Source: Octopus bimaculoides (lineage: Eukaryota). Taken from it: a stretch of 57,152 nt of DNA. Of the stretch, positions 25,401 through 37,396 are shown in pieces. The translations under genes were made by a program, and so were the position numbers. How positions within the stretch are numbered: position 1 is the stretch's first letter; the number at the start of each line of letters is the position of its first letter. The stretch is taken from positions 15,319,444-15,376,595 of the forward strand of contig NC_069001.1 of NCBI RefSeq assembly GCF_001194135.2, in the 5' to 3' direction. Below the pieces are notes generated by a model, which did not search any database, had not been told where the DNA came from, and was given only the letters and a program-made list of their open reading frames with translations.

Positions 25401-25939
25401 GGACAGACACAAAGACATGCACATCACCATTTAACATCTGCTTTCCATGCTGGCATGGGTTTGAATGGAACTGGTAAGCTGGAGAGTTGCACCTGGTACA
25501 CACACACACACACACACACACTGCTTTCAGTTTCCTGAACCAAATCTATCCACAAGGCTTTGGTCAGCCATCATACTGCACCTGCACATATACAAAGTAT
25601 GCATAATGCACACACACACCTATGCCCAGCTAGAGAGATAGACAGACAAATGCCAAGTACTCTATTCACATACATTTGGAACACCCAAACAATTCTGATT
25701 TGGACAAGCAATTTAGTCCACACACCAATAAAATTACTTTTTATTGTACCCAGTATTTTCGTTTCAGTGTGAAAATCTTTCTATTTATAGTGTGAAACTT
25801 TATTATTCTGAGCATGGGAACAGATTTTCAACAATAAATGAAACCTTACAAACGCCAACATTTTTATATTTTCTAAGTTTAATTTTCAGACACGACAGTA
25901 CGCTATTTAACAATAGCCTGATCCAAATAACTCATTTTT

Positions 25940-27070
25940 CATGAATTTTACCACGAGTACCTTTCAGATGGAGTAGATTACGACAATATCAGTTTAATGT
26001 GGAAAAAAAAAAAAAAAATTGGTGGGCGTACCACACGTGCATAGTGATATTGCAATTTTTTTCAATTTCAAGTTTCATTTTTAAATGTGTCAGTATGTGT
26101 GTGCGCACGCCTAACAATTTTTTCCACATTAATGTCTGATGTAATCGGAACACAGCATTTGTAGAAATTTTCATTAAAAAAAATTTTTGAAAATTGTGGG
26201 GAGGTAAAAACAAAAAAAANNNNNNNNNNNNNNNNNNNNNNNNNNNNNNNNNNNNNNNNNNNNNNNNNNNNNNNNNNNNNNNNNNNNNNNNNNNNNNNNN
26301 NNNNNNNNNNNNNNNNNNNNNNNNNNNNNNNNNNNNNNNNNNNNNNNNNNNNNNNNNNNNNNNNNNNNNNNNNNNNNNNNNNNNNNNNNNNNNNNNNNNN
26401 NNNNNNNNNNNNNNNNNNNNNNNNNNNNNNNNNNNNNNNNNNNNNNNNNNNNNNNNNNNNNNNNNNNNNNNNNNNNNNNNNNNNNNAAGGAGGACGAGGT
26501 GATCGCGGCCAGAACGCCTGTAACCGTGGATAGATCTACTCTGTCAGGCCTGACCAACACCAAACCGTCTAATTTTGATAGATTTTGCGATAAAACCAGC
26601 AGTAAACAAGTAGGCAACATTTCGCTCATCACGATTAAAAAAAGGCATTCATTTTAGAAATTATGTAGTGTCGAAAACCTTAATTTCTCTGGATATGTGA
26701 TTTATGCATCGCAGATTACGATTCTACATAGAAGTTAAGGGAGGGCTTTTTTTGTTTGTTTTTTTTGCTAAACCCCACTACAAATTTTCAGTCTTAGCTT
26801 TTGTGTGAGTGAGTGAGTGCAAACATTTCTTTGGATTTGTATTACACACAATTTTGAATTATCATGTCAAATATTTAAAACAAATCTGAAAATAAAAATT
26901 TCAAAGTAAAAACTGAAAAATTACACAGAAAAAGGTGGGTGCAAAAGTCTAATTTTCCTCCACCACCAAATGTTTTTCTTTTGTAGATTCGCACTCTACG
27001 ACGCTTAAAATATACAGATCCGAAAAAATTGCGGATTTTGGAGCATTAGATAATTTCCGATTCTACAGAT
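25940..27070. mobile_element. Probable non-autonomous DNA transposon material (CpG-rich, spans a gap)
   Basis: Composition shift with CpG retention; no TIR or transposase identified. Confidence 0.25.
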
Positions 27071-27214
27071 ATGCGCGCGTAATGTGTGCGTGTGCATCTA
27101 GGAATCCTTAAGCCAGAAAAAAGACAGGCACTCGTATATTTGTCAATAGAGCGTGGATATCTTTATGTTCACACTATACAGTGAAATTGATAATTGGCTG
27201 AAATGCATGTATAA

Positions 27215-27339
27215 AACTGTATATAGTAAAACTTCGGTTAACGAGTACCTTTCAACACGAACAAATCGGTTAACGAACATTTTGGGTGACGAACGGCCTC
27301 CAGGAACGAATTAAATTCGCAAGCCAAGATTTCACAGTA
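27215..27339. mobile_element. Tigger/pogo-like terminal remnant
   Basis: Reverse strand TACTGTGAAATCTTGGCTTGCGAATTTAATTCGTTCC resembles Tigger-type termini. Confidence 0.4.
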
Positions 27340-29116
27340 GAATTTGTGTGTGCGTGTGTGTGTGTGTGTGTGTATACACACACATTTCTTTGGAAGGGGA
27401 GGTTCAAATGAAGAAATGGGATTTGAGTGGACGGGGAAGGAAAAGCCTCCACAAAAATTCTAACGAGAGCAGAAGAGCCACTACTTGGTCGTTCAACCTA
27501 CAAGAAATAGCCAAACTTCCCTGAAACCAAACCCTACCTACCCTAAAAATTTAAAAGAAAAGGCCACAATAGACAAATGATTCCAACGCATACAGTAATA
27601 CGCAACTAAACCCTACCATCCTAAAAATCAAAAAGAAAAGGCCACAATAGACAACTGATTCCAAGGTATAGAGTCATACGCGATGGTCATGGTTAGGACA
27701 GTTTTTGAGTCTGCTCAGTCATGGCTGATCTGGGGCTAAAACAAACAAGACTAGCTTAGTTAAATTACCAGGACAAGACCAGGTATAAGATTAGCTAGAA
27801 AACGTTCAAATTAAATATTGTAAATTATATATTTTTAACGTTTAATTTTGGTTTGATTTTAATTGACTTCAACGAAGCTAGTAGCAGAACAAGGAGGATC
27901 TGCCTTGAAAACGTCAGTTGATGGGCACTGGTTTATATATGTAACAGGTTCGAACTGTCGTCAAAAACATTGAACAGCTGGTCGAGAGAGTGAAGAAGAC
28001 CAGACCACTTTGCAAATAATTAAATCAAACTTTCTCGGTGTCACGTCACGCCACTCACAGAAAAAAAAAATAAAGAGAAAAAAGACTGTCTTCGATTGAC
28101 ACAGATTAAAAAGCTTCAATACGAAGTTCAGTATATGATGGAATTGTGCGAGAAAACGAAGTATAACAGTATTTAGTTATCAATGTACAAAAGAAATCGA
28201 TATGAAGATTATATATATATATCTATATCTTTGAGAAGAAAAGCTTTGAAAGAAGAAATGAAGTCGGAGAGGTTAAACCCAGAGATAACAGGGTGTGTGC
28301 GTGGTTGTGTGTATGTGTGTGTGTAAACAGTGGTTATTGAGGAGGGAGGCGTTGAAAATTTGAGTGGGTAAGACAAGAAGAGTACGAGAGTTTAGTGGTG
28401 ATTGGTATAAAACGAAGCGCTGGAAAAACACGGAGGAGCCAGCTGGACAAGGCAGTTAAGTAGTACAAGAAATATAATAGGGGAACAAATGGTAGTGAAG
28501 GGCAAGAACTGCAAAGGGGAAAAACAGCGATGACAGAACAGACGGAGGGGCAACTGGACAAGGCAGTAAGTAATATCAGAATATAAAAGAGAAATAAATT
28601 CAATGTGAAGGGGCAAGAAGAGTAGAGGTGGTGGGGAACAAGAACTGGGGAGGGGGAAAATAGTGGCAGACTTTCGGAATAGCAGTCACAGTGTTGACAA
28701 CAGACGGGGGGGAGGGGTAAGTGAACAAAGCCGTAGTTATTAAGACAGCTTAATGACCACAAAGGTGACAATATGGACACGGTGGTGACAGTAGGAAACA
28801 GGTAATACAATATTTAAGAAATAGACAAAGAATATTTGCTACAGTAGTAGGATCGCCATATAGCAGAGAAGACCATTTTATTAGCAAACAGGAATGCGGA
28901 CTTCAATGTTCAGCTATTCCCCAACACACACAAAAAAATATTAAAAAGACAAACCTAATATAACAAAGGGTGTGGGTATTTATAGATAAGAAAAAGATTA
29001 CTTTTCCATAGCTAACAGTAAATAGCACATTCTACAGATAGCAACGATTTACATGAAGGTTCCCCCATNNNNNNNNNNNNNNNNNNNNNNNNNNNNNNNN
29101 NNNNNNNNNNNNNNNN

Positions 29117-29159
<43 letters not shown>

Positions 29160-29469
29160 GTATGTAAATGTAAGTGTGCACTGAAATATCTCGTTTGGTA
29201 AACTAGACAGAGTTGAAGAGAAAACAAGAAAGGTCTTTAAAAGATATTTATTCTAAAAAGTCCAAAACTTGAAAGAAAGCAATAAGAATTAAAACTAGAG
29301 GATTTAATGTGGGAAATGATCGAAGATTGACACAATGAAAGCGTCAAAGCAGAGGTGTGTGTAAATTTTGTAGCTAGTGTTGACAATAGTAGTCGAGTTA
29401 GTTTACAGGTTCTTTGACTCAAGACGGAGGAGGAGAGAGAAAAAAAACAGTAATTTCTTCAATACTTAC

Positions 29470-29532
29470 CACAAAAACGAAGTTGAATGCAAAAAGCAAA
29501 TATTTTATACATTTCATTCCAGCTTCTACCAT
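29470..29532 (-). CDS. CD63: Tetraspanin (CD63-like), coding exon 1, MVEAGMKCIKYLLFAFNFVFV
   Basis: ATG at 29532-29530; 63 bp ending at a GTAAGT donor (29469-29464). The N-terminus resembles the CD63 M(A)VEGGMKCVK pattern followed by TM1. Symbol is CD63-like; orthology not tested. Confidence 0.9.
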
Positions 29533-29636
29533 CCTGATAAGTTTGTACGGTCACCTTTCAAATAAAATTTATAAATAATCTAAGTCCCTTTTTGTTTTCG
29601 GGAGGACTCACTTTATCACTAATGACAACAAAGCAC

Positions 29637-29672
29637 TAAGAATGCTAGAACAGCGTGACCACGCTTTATATA
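29637..29672 (-). promoter_or_regulatory. Candidate TATA box and initiator of the tetraspanin gene
   Basis: Minus-strand TATATAAAG at 29672-29664; Inr-like GCATTC/TTAGT about 27-33 nt downstream of TATAAAG. Lies 105-140 nt upstream of the ATG in locally CpG-retaining sequence. Motif inspection only. Confidence 0.4.
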
Positions 29673-30519
29673 GATTTAGTGTCATTGTATCCCTCCGCAT
29701 AAACCTTCCGCCATAGAACGAACTACTTTATAAGAAAGATGTTCTTTGATCAGCTTTTGTATATTTTATCGATCTACTTTTATTTTTCTGGTAAATTAAT
29801 TATAAATTATATCGATCAAAGAGTATCTTAGTAATTTATTTATTAAAAATATCGGAAAGATAAGTTTTTTTCAATTTCGAGAATATGACAATTAATTCTT
29901 GAATTAATAAGTACTTTGGTTCAAAGAAATTTAGTCATTCTAAAAATATGGATAAACATATGAGACAAAACTCTTGATAATCCATTTATTTGGATGTCCT
30001 TTCTCGACAAAGTATCATCTATGGATTAACTATTTGTCGTTTTACAGAAGGATTTTTACTTAACGGTTTATTACTGATTACAACGTCGGACAAAAAAAAA
30101 ATACCTACAATATTTAGTTGCAGCCCTGTATGATCTGAGTTCAAATCCCGCTGAAGTCTAAACTTTGTTTTTCATACATTTGGGATCGATAAAATAAACA
30201 ACAGGCCAAATAATATGAAATTTTGTATATTAAATAGATTCTTGTGTCAAACGAATTTGACAATTGATAGTCAAATAAAAACGAAATTTGGCAGGGAGAA
30301 TGAGGAATCTACAACCTCCAAGAGAAAAATGTTATCAACAATAAATTAGGTCGAACTATTCTTTCCATTCTTTTTTCCTTCATTGTTTTTTATCCATTTA
30401 TTCAGACAGAAAAAAAAAATAAGGAAGAAAAAACAACGAACTACAAAGCTGACCTAATTCTATTTTATCAACTATTTTTGGTTGTTTATTCTTTTTTCTT
30501 TATGTGTTTCGTCTTTCCT

Positions 30520-30858
30520 CTTTCATTTGTTTCAGTCATCGGATTGTGGCCATGCTGGGGCACTTCCCTGAAAGGTTTGGACAAACAAATCGATTGTCTG
30601 GTACTTATTCTGTCAGACTCTTTTGTCGTACTATTAAGTTACAGGGACATCAAAAAACGAACACTGGTTGTCAAGCAGTGATGGGGGACAAACACACACA
30701 TATACACACATACATACATGACAGGCTTCCACACAGTTTCCATCTACCAAATTCTCTAATAGGGCATTGGTTGGCCCAGGGTTTTAGTAGAAGACATTTG
30801 CCTAATGTTCAATGCAGTGGGACTGAACCTAAAACCACATGGTTACAAAGAAAACTTC
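30520..30858 (-). mobile_element. SINE family A, diverged
   Basis: Colinear with family A on the minus strand. Confidence 0.75.
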
Positions 30859-31099
30859 TTAACTACACAGCCATCTCTGCTGTGGGTTCTAATTTAGGTG
30901 AAAAAAACCCAACAATTTTGACAGGAAAGGATTAATCGGTACCATCAGCCACTGTACTCAACTGATACTTTATTTTATTAATCCTGGAAGGGCAAAAGAC
31001 AAAAAGTTGACCTCAGCAGGATTTGAACTCAGGACACAAAAGATCTGGTACAGTGACATCAATGCATGTCTTCTGATGTCCTAACTTTGTGTTTAAATA

Positions 31100-31318
31100 T
31101 GAGGGGACACTAAAAAGTTCCTGGCTTTGGGTAAAAGAAAATACAGGAGGATCAGTTAATTATGACCTTATTCAACATGTCCCCCTCTCAAATTCATACT
31201 TTCATTGCAACAGTCCTTCAGTTTTTCTAAGCCCTGTAAAAGAACTCAGAAGGTTGGGCCTTGAACCAGGCCTTTTGTGATACCCCTTAAAGCCAGGAAC
31301 TTTTCAGCACCCGCCCCC
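31100..31318. mobile_element. Mariner-type MITE, same family as 2985-3197
   Basis: Colinear with the 2985 copy; same TIRs. Confidence 0.8.
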
Positions 31319-31942
31319 ACATCCATAATAAACATATAGGCAGGTTTATGCAGAGGTGTAAGGAGGTTTAAGTAAGCCAGATGGGCCAAGTTTATGATTT
31401 TGAAAGACCCTTCTTCCACCTGTTTGACCATGGGTGACTCCTTTGGTTATGCACTAACATATTTTATATAATTATAAGCACCATTCGAGCGTGGTAGATG
31501 CCAGTGCCACCTGACTGGCTCCTGTGCTGGTGGCCCATAAAAAGCACTATTCAAGTGTGGTCGATGCCAGTGCTGGCAGCATGTATAAAGCACCATTCGA
31601 GCATAGTTGATACTGGTACCGCCTGACTGGCCCCCATGCTGGTGGCACATAAAAAGCACCCACTACACTCTCAGAGTGGTTGAAGCATACATTTCATATT
31701 TGGCTTAATCCTACTTTCAACTTCTATATCTTCTATCTGGCCTAATCCTATATTCCACATCTAGACTGAGCCTACATTTCACAATTTTTTTTTTTTTTTT
31801 TTTTTTTTTTGCCAAACCAGGTACTGATTCTATTGGTCTCTTTTTCTGAACCACGAAGTTACAGGGATGTAAACACACCAACACCAGTTATCAAGTGGTG
31901 GTGGTGATGGGAAACACAGACACATACATACAAACACACACA

Positions 31943-32356
31943 TCTCTTTACTCTTTTACTCTTTTACTGGTCTCAGTCATTTGACTGTGGCCATGCTGGA
32001 GCACTGCCTTTAGTCGAGAAAATCGACCCCAGGACTTATTCTTTGTAAGCCTAGTACTTATTCTATCGGTCTCTTTTTGCCAAACCGCTAAGTTACAGGG
32101 ACGTAAACACACCAGCATCGGTCGTCAAGCGATGTTGGGGGGACAAACACAGACACACAAACACACACACACATATATATATATACATATATACAATGGG
32201 CTTCTTTCAGTTTCCGTCTACCAAATCCACTCACAAGGCTTTGGTCGGCCCGAGGCTATAGTAGAAGACACTAACCCAAGGTGCCACGCAGTGGGACTGA
32301 ACCTGGAACCATGTGGTTGGTGAGCAAGCTACTTACCACACAGCCACTCCTGTGCC
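31943..32356 (-). mobile_element. SINE family A, full length
   Basis: Reverse complement of the 19685 element from head to (TAAAAGAG)n tail. Confidence 0.88.
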
Positions 32357-32373
32357 TTTTTTTTTTTTTTTTT

Positions 32374-32700
32374 GCCAAACCAGGTACTTATTCTATTGGT
32401 TTCTTTTTCTGAACCACTAAATTACAGGGATGTAAACACACCAACACCAATTATCAAGTAGTGGTGGTGGTGGTGGTGATGGGAAACACAGACACATACA
32501 TACAAACACACACATATACATATATATAAACATATATTCATATATATACGAGGGACTTCTTTCAGTTTCAGTCTACCAAATCCATTCACAAGGCTTTGGT
32601 TGGCCCGAGGCCCTAGTAAAAGACACTTGCCCAAGGTGCTACAAAGTGGGACTGAACCTGGAACCACGTGGTTGAGAAGCAAGCTTCTTACCACACAACC
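32374..32700 (-). mobile_element. SINE family A, older copy
   Basis: Homologous to 31943-32356; its first part is duplicated at 31785-31942. Confidence 0.8.
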
Positions 32701-32784
32701 ACCAGTTTAATCATGAATAGAAAAGCCAGGTATTTTCAGTAAACACCTTAATTTCTTCATATCTTATCATTGAACGAAATTGCA

Positions 32785-32830
32785 TCAGCTGCTGCTGCTG
32801 CTGCTGTTGTTGTTGTTGTTGTTGTAGTTT

Positions 32831-32877
<47 letters not shown>

Positions 32878-33095
32878 ATTGATGTTGTTGTTGTTGTTGC
32901 CACAGCAGCTGTTGTTGTTGCTGACGTTGCTGTTGTAGCTATTGTTACTACTGTTACCGCTGCTAATCCTATTCATGTCATTGTTCTGGCTGTTGTTTTT
33001 GTGGTTGTTGTTGTTGCTACGGCTATCATTACTGTTGCTCTTGTTTTTATTGTCATTGAAGCTGTTGTTCTCGTTGTTGCTGCTATTTTCACTGC
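32785..33095. repeat. (GCT)n/(GTT)n degenerate triplet tract
   Basis: Direct reading; source of the poly-Val/poly-Asn pseudo-ORFs. Confidence 0.9.
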
Positions 33096-33255
33096 TTGCA
33101 GGCGTAGCTGTGTAGTAAGAAGCTTGCTTCCCAACTTCGTGGTTCCAGGTTCAGTCCCACAGCATGGCACCTTGGGCAAGTGTCTTCGACTATAGCCCCC
33201 AAGCCTACCAAACCCTTGGAAGTGGATCTAGGAGACAGAAACTGAAAGAAGCATT

Positions 33256-33288
<33 letters not shown>

Positions 33289-34774
33289 TATATGTGTGTG
33301 TTATGTGTGTGTGTGTACGTGAGTGTGTGTGTGTGTGTATGTGTTTGTATGTATGTGTGTGTTCGCACGTGTGTGTGTGTGTATGTGTTTGTGTGTATGT
33401 GTGTGTTTGTGTGTGTGTGTGAGTGTGTGTGTGTCTCTGTGTGTGTGTGTGTGTGTTACTGTCTCCTTGCCCTTGCATTGCATGATAGCTGTAGGCAGGT
33501 GTCACCACAAATGGTGTCCTTCATTTCCAATCTTCTGTGAATGCATGTCTGACCCTGGGTAAATTATTACCTTACTTGGAAACAAGTGAGTGTCATTGTT
33601 CTTAGATGTTGCTGGGAGCATGAGGTGGTCTGAATTACAGCAAATCAAGAGAATGCACACACATAATATATATACACACATATTCCCATTTTGTGAATAA
33701 TCATAGCACATAAGCAAGCAATACTGTATCTGTTGGAATGTCATTAACTGTAAAACCACATGGTGATCTGTCTTTTAGCTTTTCCATTTTGTCTGCTGGG
33801 ACCATGTAAGTGAAAATCAAAATCCCTAGCTGTTGACCAGAGAGGGAGCTTGTCTTCTCAACCAATCCACTGCTATGGGTCCTGCTGGATGATGGACTCT
33901 GGTGATGATATTATTCCATGCTTTCCAATGTATGGCACAAGCCTTAATATGCTCAAGGTTGAGGTACTGCAAAATCAGGTCTTCCTCAATTTTTTTCACC
34001 CATATCTTCTTTGGTGTGCTGTGCTGGATTCTCCAGTGCGTGGGTCACTAGTGTCCTAAAAGTTGGTGTGATAGTTTTCTTGCAGATGTGGCCAAATAAC
34101 TGCAGTCTGGCACTGCCAGACTTGGTCTTCAATGGCCAGCTGCTGCTGTCATTGTTCTTAGATGTTGCTGGGACCATGAGGTGGTCTGAATTACAGCAAA
34201 TCAAGAGAATGCACACACATAATATATATACACACATATTCCCATTTTGTGAATAATCATAGCACATAAGCAAGCAATACTGTATCTGTTGGAATGTCAT
34301 TAACTGTAAAACCACGTGGTGATCTGTCTTTTAGCTTTTAGCTTTTAGCTTTTACTTGTTTCAGTCATCAGAATATGGCCATGCTGGAGCACCACCTTGA
34401 AGAATTTTTAGTCGAATGAATCAATCCAAGTTTTTACTTTTTAAGCCAGTTACTTATTCTATTGGTCTGACCATTGAAGACCAAGTCTGGCAGTGCCAGG
34501 CTACAGTTATTTGGCCACATCTGCAAGATGAGCACCAGAAGATTACCACACCAACTCTTGAGGCACTAGTGACCCATGCACTGAACAATGCACCGATGCT
34601 GGTGTGTTTACGTCCCCGTAACTTAGCAGTTTGGCAAAAAGTGACCGATAGAATAAGTACTAGGCTTATAAAGAATAAGTCCTGGGGTCGATTTTCTCGA
34701 ATAAAGGCGGTGCTCCAGCATGGGCGCAGTCAAATGACTGAAAGAAGTAAAGAGTAAAAGAGTATATATCTACA

Positions 34775-34998
34775 TGTGGCTGTTGCCAGTACCGCCTGAC
34801 TGGCCTTCGTGTGGGTGACACGTAAAAGCACCCACTACACTTTCTGAATGGTTGGCGTTAGGAAGGGCATCCAGCTGTAGAAACTCTGCCAAATCAGATT
34901 GGAGCCTGGTGTTGCCGTCCGGTTTCACCAGTCCTCAGTCAAATCGTCCAACCCATGCTAGCATGGAAAGCGGATGTTAAACGATGATGATGATGATG
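34775..34998 (+). mobile_element. Family E repeat 3' part
   Basis: Ends AAACGATGATGATGATG. Confidence 0.78.
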
Positions 34999-35397
34999 AC
35001 TCCTTCTGTCTGGAAGCACTTCTTATTGACACTCACACCTCATTCTTAACCACTGTCTCATGCATACTACAGAATATTCCCACATATATATATATTATTT
35101 TTGGCCACTCCCTACATTCACATCAATGTTCCTCTGACCTCCTCTAACCCTATTACTATTTCCCCTCCCTCACACAAACATTATTGCAACCTTCTCTCAT
35201 CCACTTCCCTTGTCTTCTCCCTCTCTCTCATTCTTCCCCCTTTCCACAGATTCATTATTATTCTCTTCTTCTTCATCTTTTCTGTACTCATCATCTCTCC
35301 TCTCAGCCACTTTTATTGACATTCGTCCCTCAAAATTATTGCCTTACTTTTCCCTCCACCACGTTTCATATTAACCATCAACTACCCTTCCACCCTC

Positions 35398-35686
35398 ACT
35401 CTTTTACTCTTTTACTTTTTTACTTGTTTCAGTCATTTGATTGCGGCCATGCTGGAGCACCGCCTTTAGTCGAGCAAATCGACCCCACGACTTATTCTTT
35501 GGATGCCTAGTACTTATTCTATCGGTCTCTTTTGCCGAACCGCTAAGTTACGGGGACTTAAACACACCACCATCGGTTGTCAAGCGATGTTGGGGGGACA
35601 AACGCAGACACACAAACATATACACACATATACATATATATACATATATACGACAGGCTTCTTTCAGTTTCCGTCTACCAAATCCA
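35398..35686 (-). mobile_element. SINE family A, cut by an assembly gap
   Basis: Tail to mid-head, nearly identical to 36940-37344. Confidence 0.82.
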
Positions 35687-36414
35687 NNNNNNNNNNNNNN
35701 NNNNNNNNNNNNNNNNNNNNNNNNNNNNNNNNNNNNNNNNNNNNNNNNNNNNNNNNNNNNNNNNNNNNNNNNNNNNNNNNNNNNNNNNNNNNNNNNNNNN
35801 NNNNNNNNNNNNNNNNNNNNNNNNNNNNNNNNNNNNNNNNNNNNNNNNNNNNNNNNNNNNNNNNNNNNNNNNNNNNNNNNNNNNNNNNNNNNNNNNNNNN
35901 NNNNNNNNNNNNNNNNNNNNNNNNNNNNNNNNNNNNNNNNNNNNNNNNNNNNNNNNNNNNNNNNNNNNNNNNNNNNNNNNNNNNNNNNNNNNNNNNNNNN
36001 NNNNNNNNNNNNNNNNNNNNNNNNNNNNNNNNNNNNNNNNNNNNNNNNNNNNNNNNNNNNNNNNNNNNNNNNNNNNNNNNNNNNNNNNNNNNNNNNNNNN
36101 NNNNNNNNNNNNNNNNNNNNNNNNNNNNNNNNNNNNNNNNNNNNNNNNNNNNNNNNNNNNNNNNNNNNNNNNNNNNNNNNNNNNNNNNNNNNNNNNNNNN
36201 NNNNNNNNNNNNNNNNNNNNNNNNNNNNNNNNNNNNNNNNNNNNNNNNNNNNNNNNNNNNNNNNNNNNNNNNNNNNNNNNNNNNNNNNNNNNNNNNNNNN
36301 NNNNNNNNNNNNNNNNNNNNNNNNNNNNTTGACTTCATTAAAATAAGAGCTCTGCATTAAACAATGTAATCCTAGATATACATACACCATGACTGACTAA
36401 ATGATTAAAAATAA

Positions 36415-36638
36415 CTGCCACCGCTGCTGCTCCTCCCCCTCCTCCTACCACCACCACCACCACCACCACCACCACTACTACTACTACCAATAATAACACC
36501 AGCACTACTACTTCTAGTGCTACTACCAACACCACTACTGCTACTACTACTACTACTACTACCAACACCACCACCACTACTCTAAGCCAAAACAGATTCT
36601 TATTATTCTTTGCACCCCTTGAGGCCAATAAATCAAAA

Positions 36639-36694
<56 letters not shown>

Positions 36695-36830
36695 TATTAT
36701 TATTGACCACCTGGTTCACCAGTCCTCAGTCAAATTGTCCAACCCATGCTAGCATGGAAAGCGGACGCTAAACAATGATGATGATGATGATGATGATGAT
36801 TATTATTATTATTATTATTATTATTATTTC
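36415..36830. repeat. (ACC/ACT)n, (ATC)n, (GAT)n and (ATT)n triplet cluster
   Basis: Direct reading. Confidence 0.85.
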
Positions 36831-36939
36831 ATTATGCCATTTCAGTACCCACTTCCTTATGCTAGCTGTTTAATCAATGATACAACAGGCTTTATTGTTG
36901 TTGAACAGATAAATAAACAGTTATACGTTAATTAGTTTA

Positions 36940-37141
36940 CTTTTTTACTTGTTTCAGTCATTTGACTGCGGCCATGCTGGAGCACCGCCTTTAGTCGAGA
37001 AAATCGACCCCAGGACTTATTCTTTGTAAGCCTAGTACTTATTCTATTGGTCTCTTTTTGCCGAACCGCTAAGTTACGGGGATGTAAACACACCAGCATC
37101 GGTTGTCAAGCAATGTTGGGGGGACAAACACAGACACACAA

Positions 37142-37185
<44 letters not shown>

Positions 37186-37344
37186 CGGGCTTCTTTCAGT
37201 TTCTGTCTACCAAATCCACTCACAAGGCTTTGGTCGGCCCGAGGCTATAGTAGAAGACACTTGCCCAAGGTGCCACGCAGGGGACTGAATCCGGAACCAT
37301 GTGGTTCGTAAGCAAGCTACTTACCACACAGCCACTCCTGCGCC
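36940..37344 (-). mobile_element. SINE family A, full length
   Basis: Near-identical to 31943-32356. Confidence 0.88.
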
Positions 37345-37396
37345 TATATACATATAAACATATCTTTTTCTATTCTCCTTGAAGGTATGCTCTGTC

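Noticed and set aside
26487-26632. Open frame EDEVIAARTPVTVDRSTLSG... next to a gap
   Set aside because: No recognisable domain or splice sites; probably transposon interior.
32770-33195. 141-aa poly-Val ORF and opposite-strand poly-Asn ORF
   Set aside because: Translation of a (GTT)n microsatellite running into a SINE; no splice or domain support.
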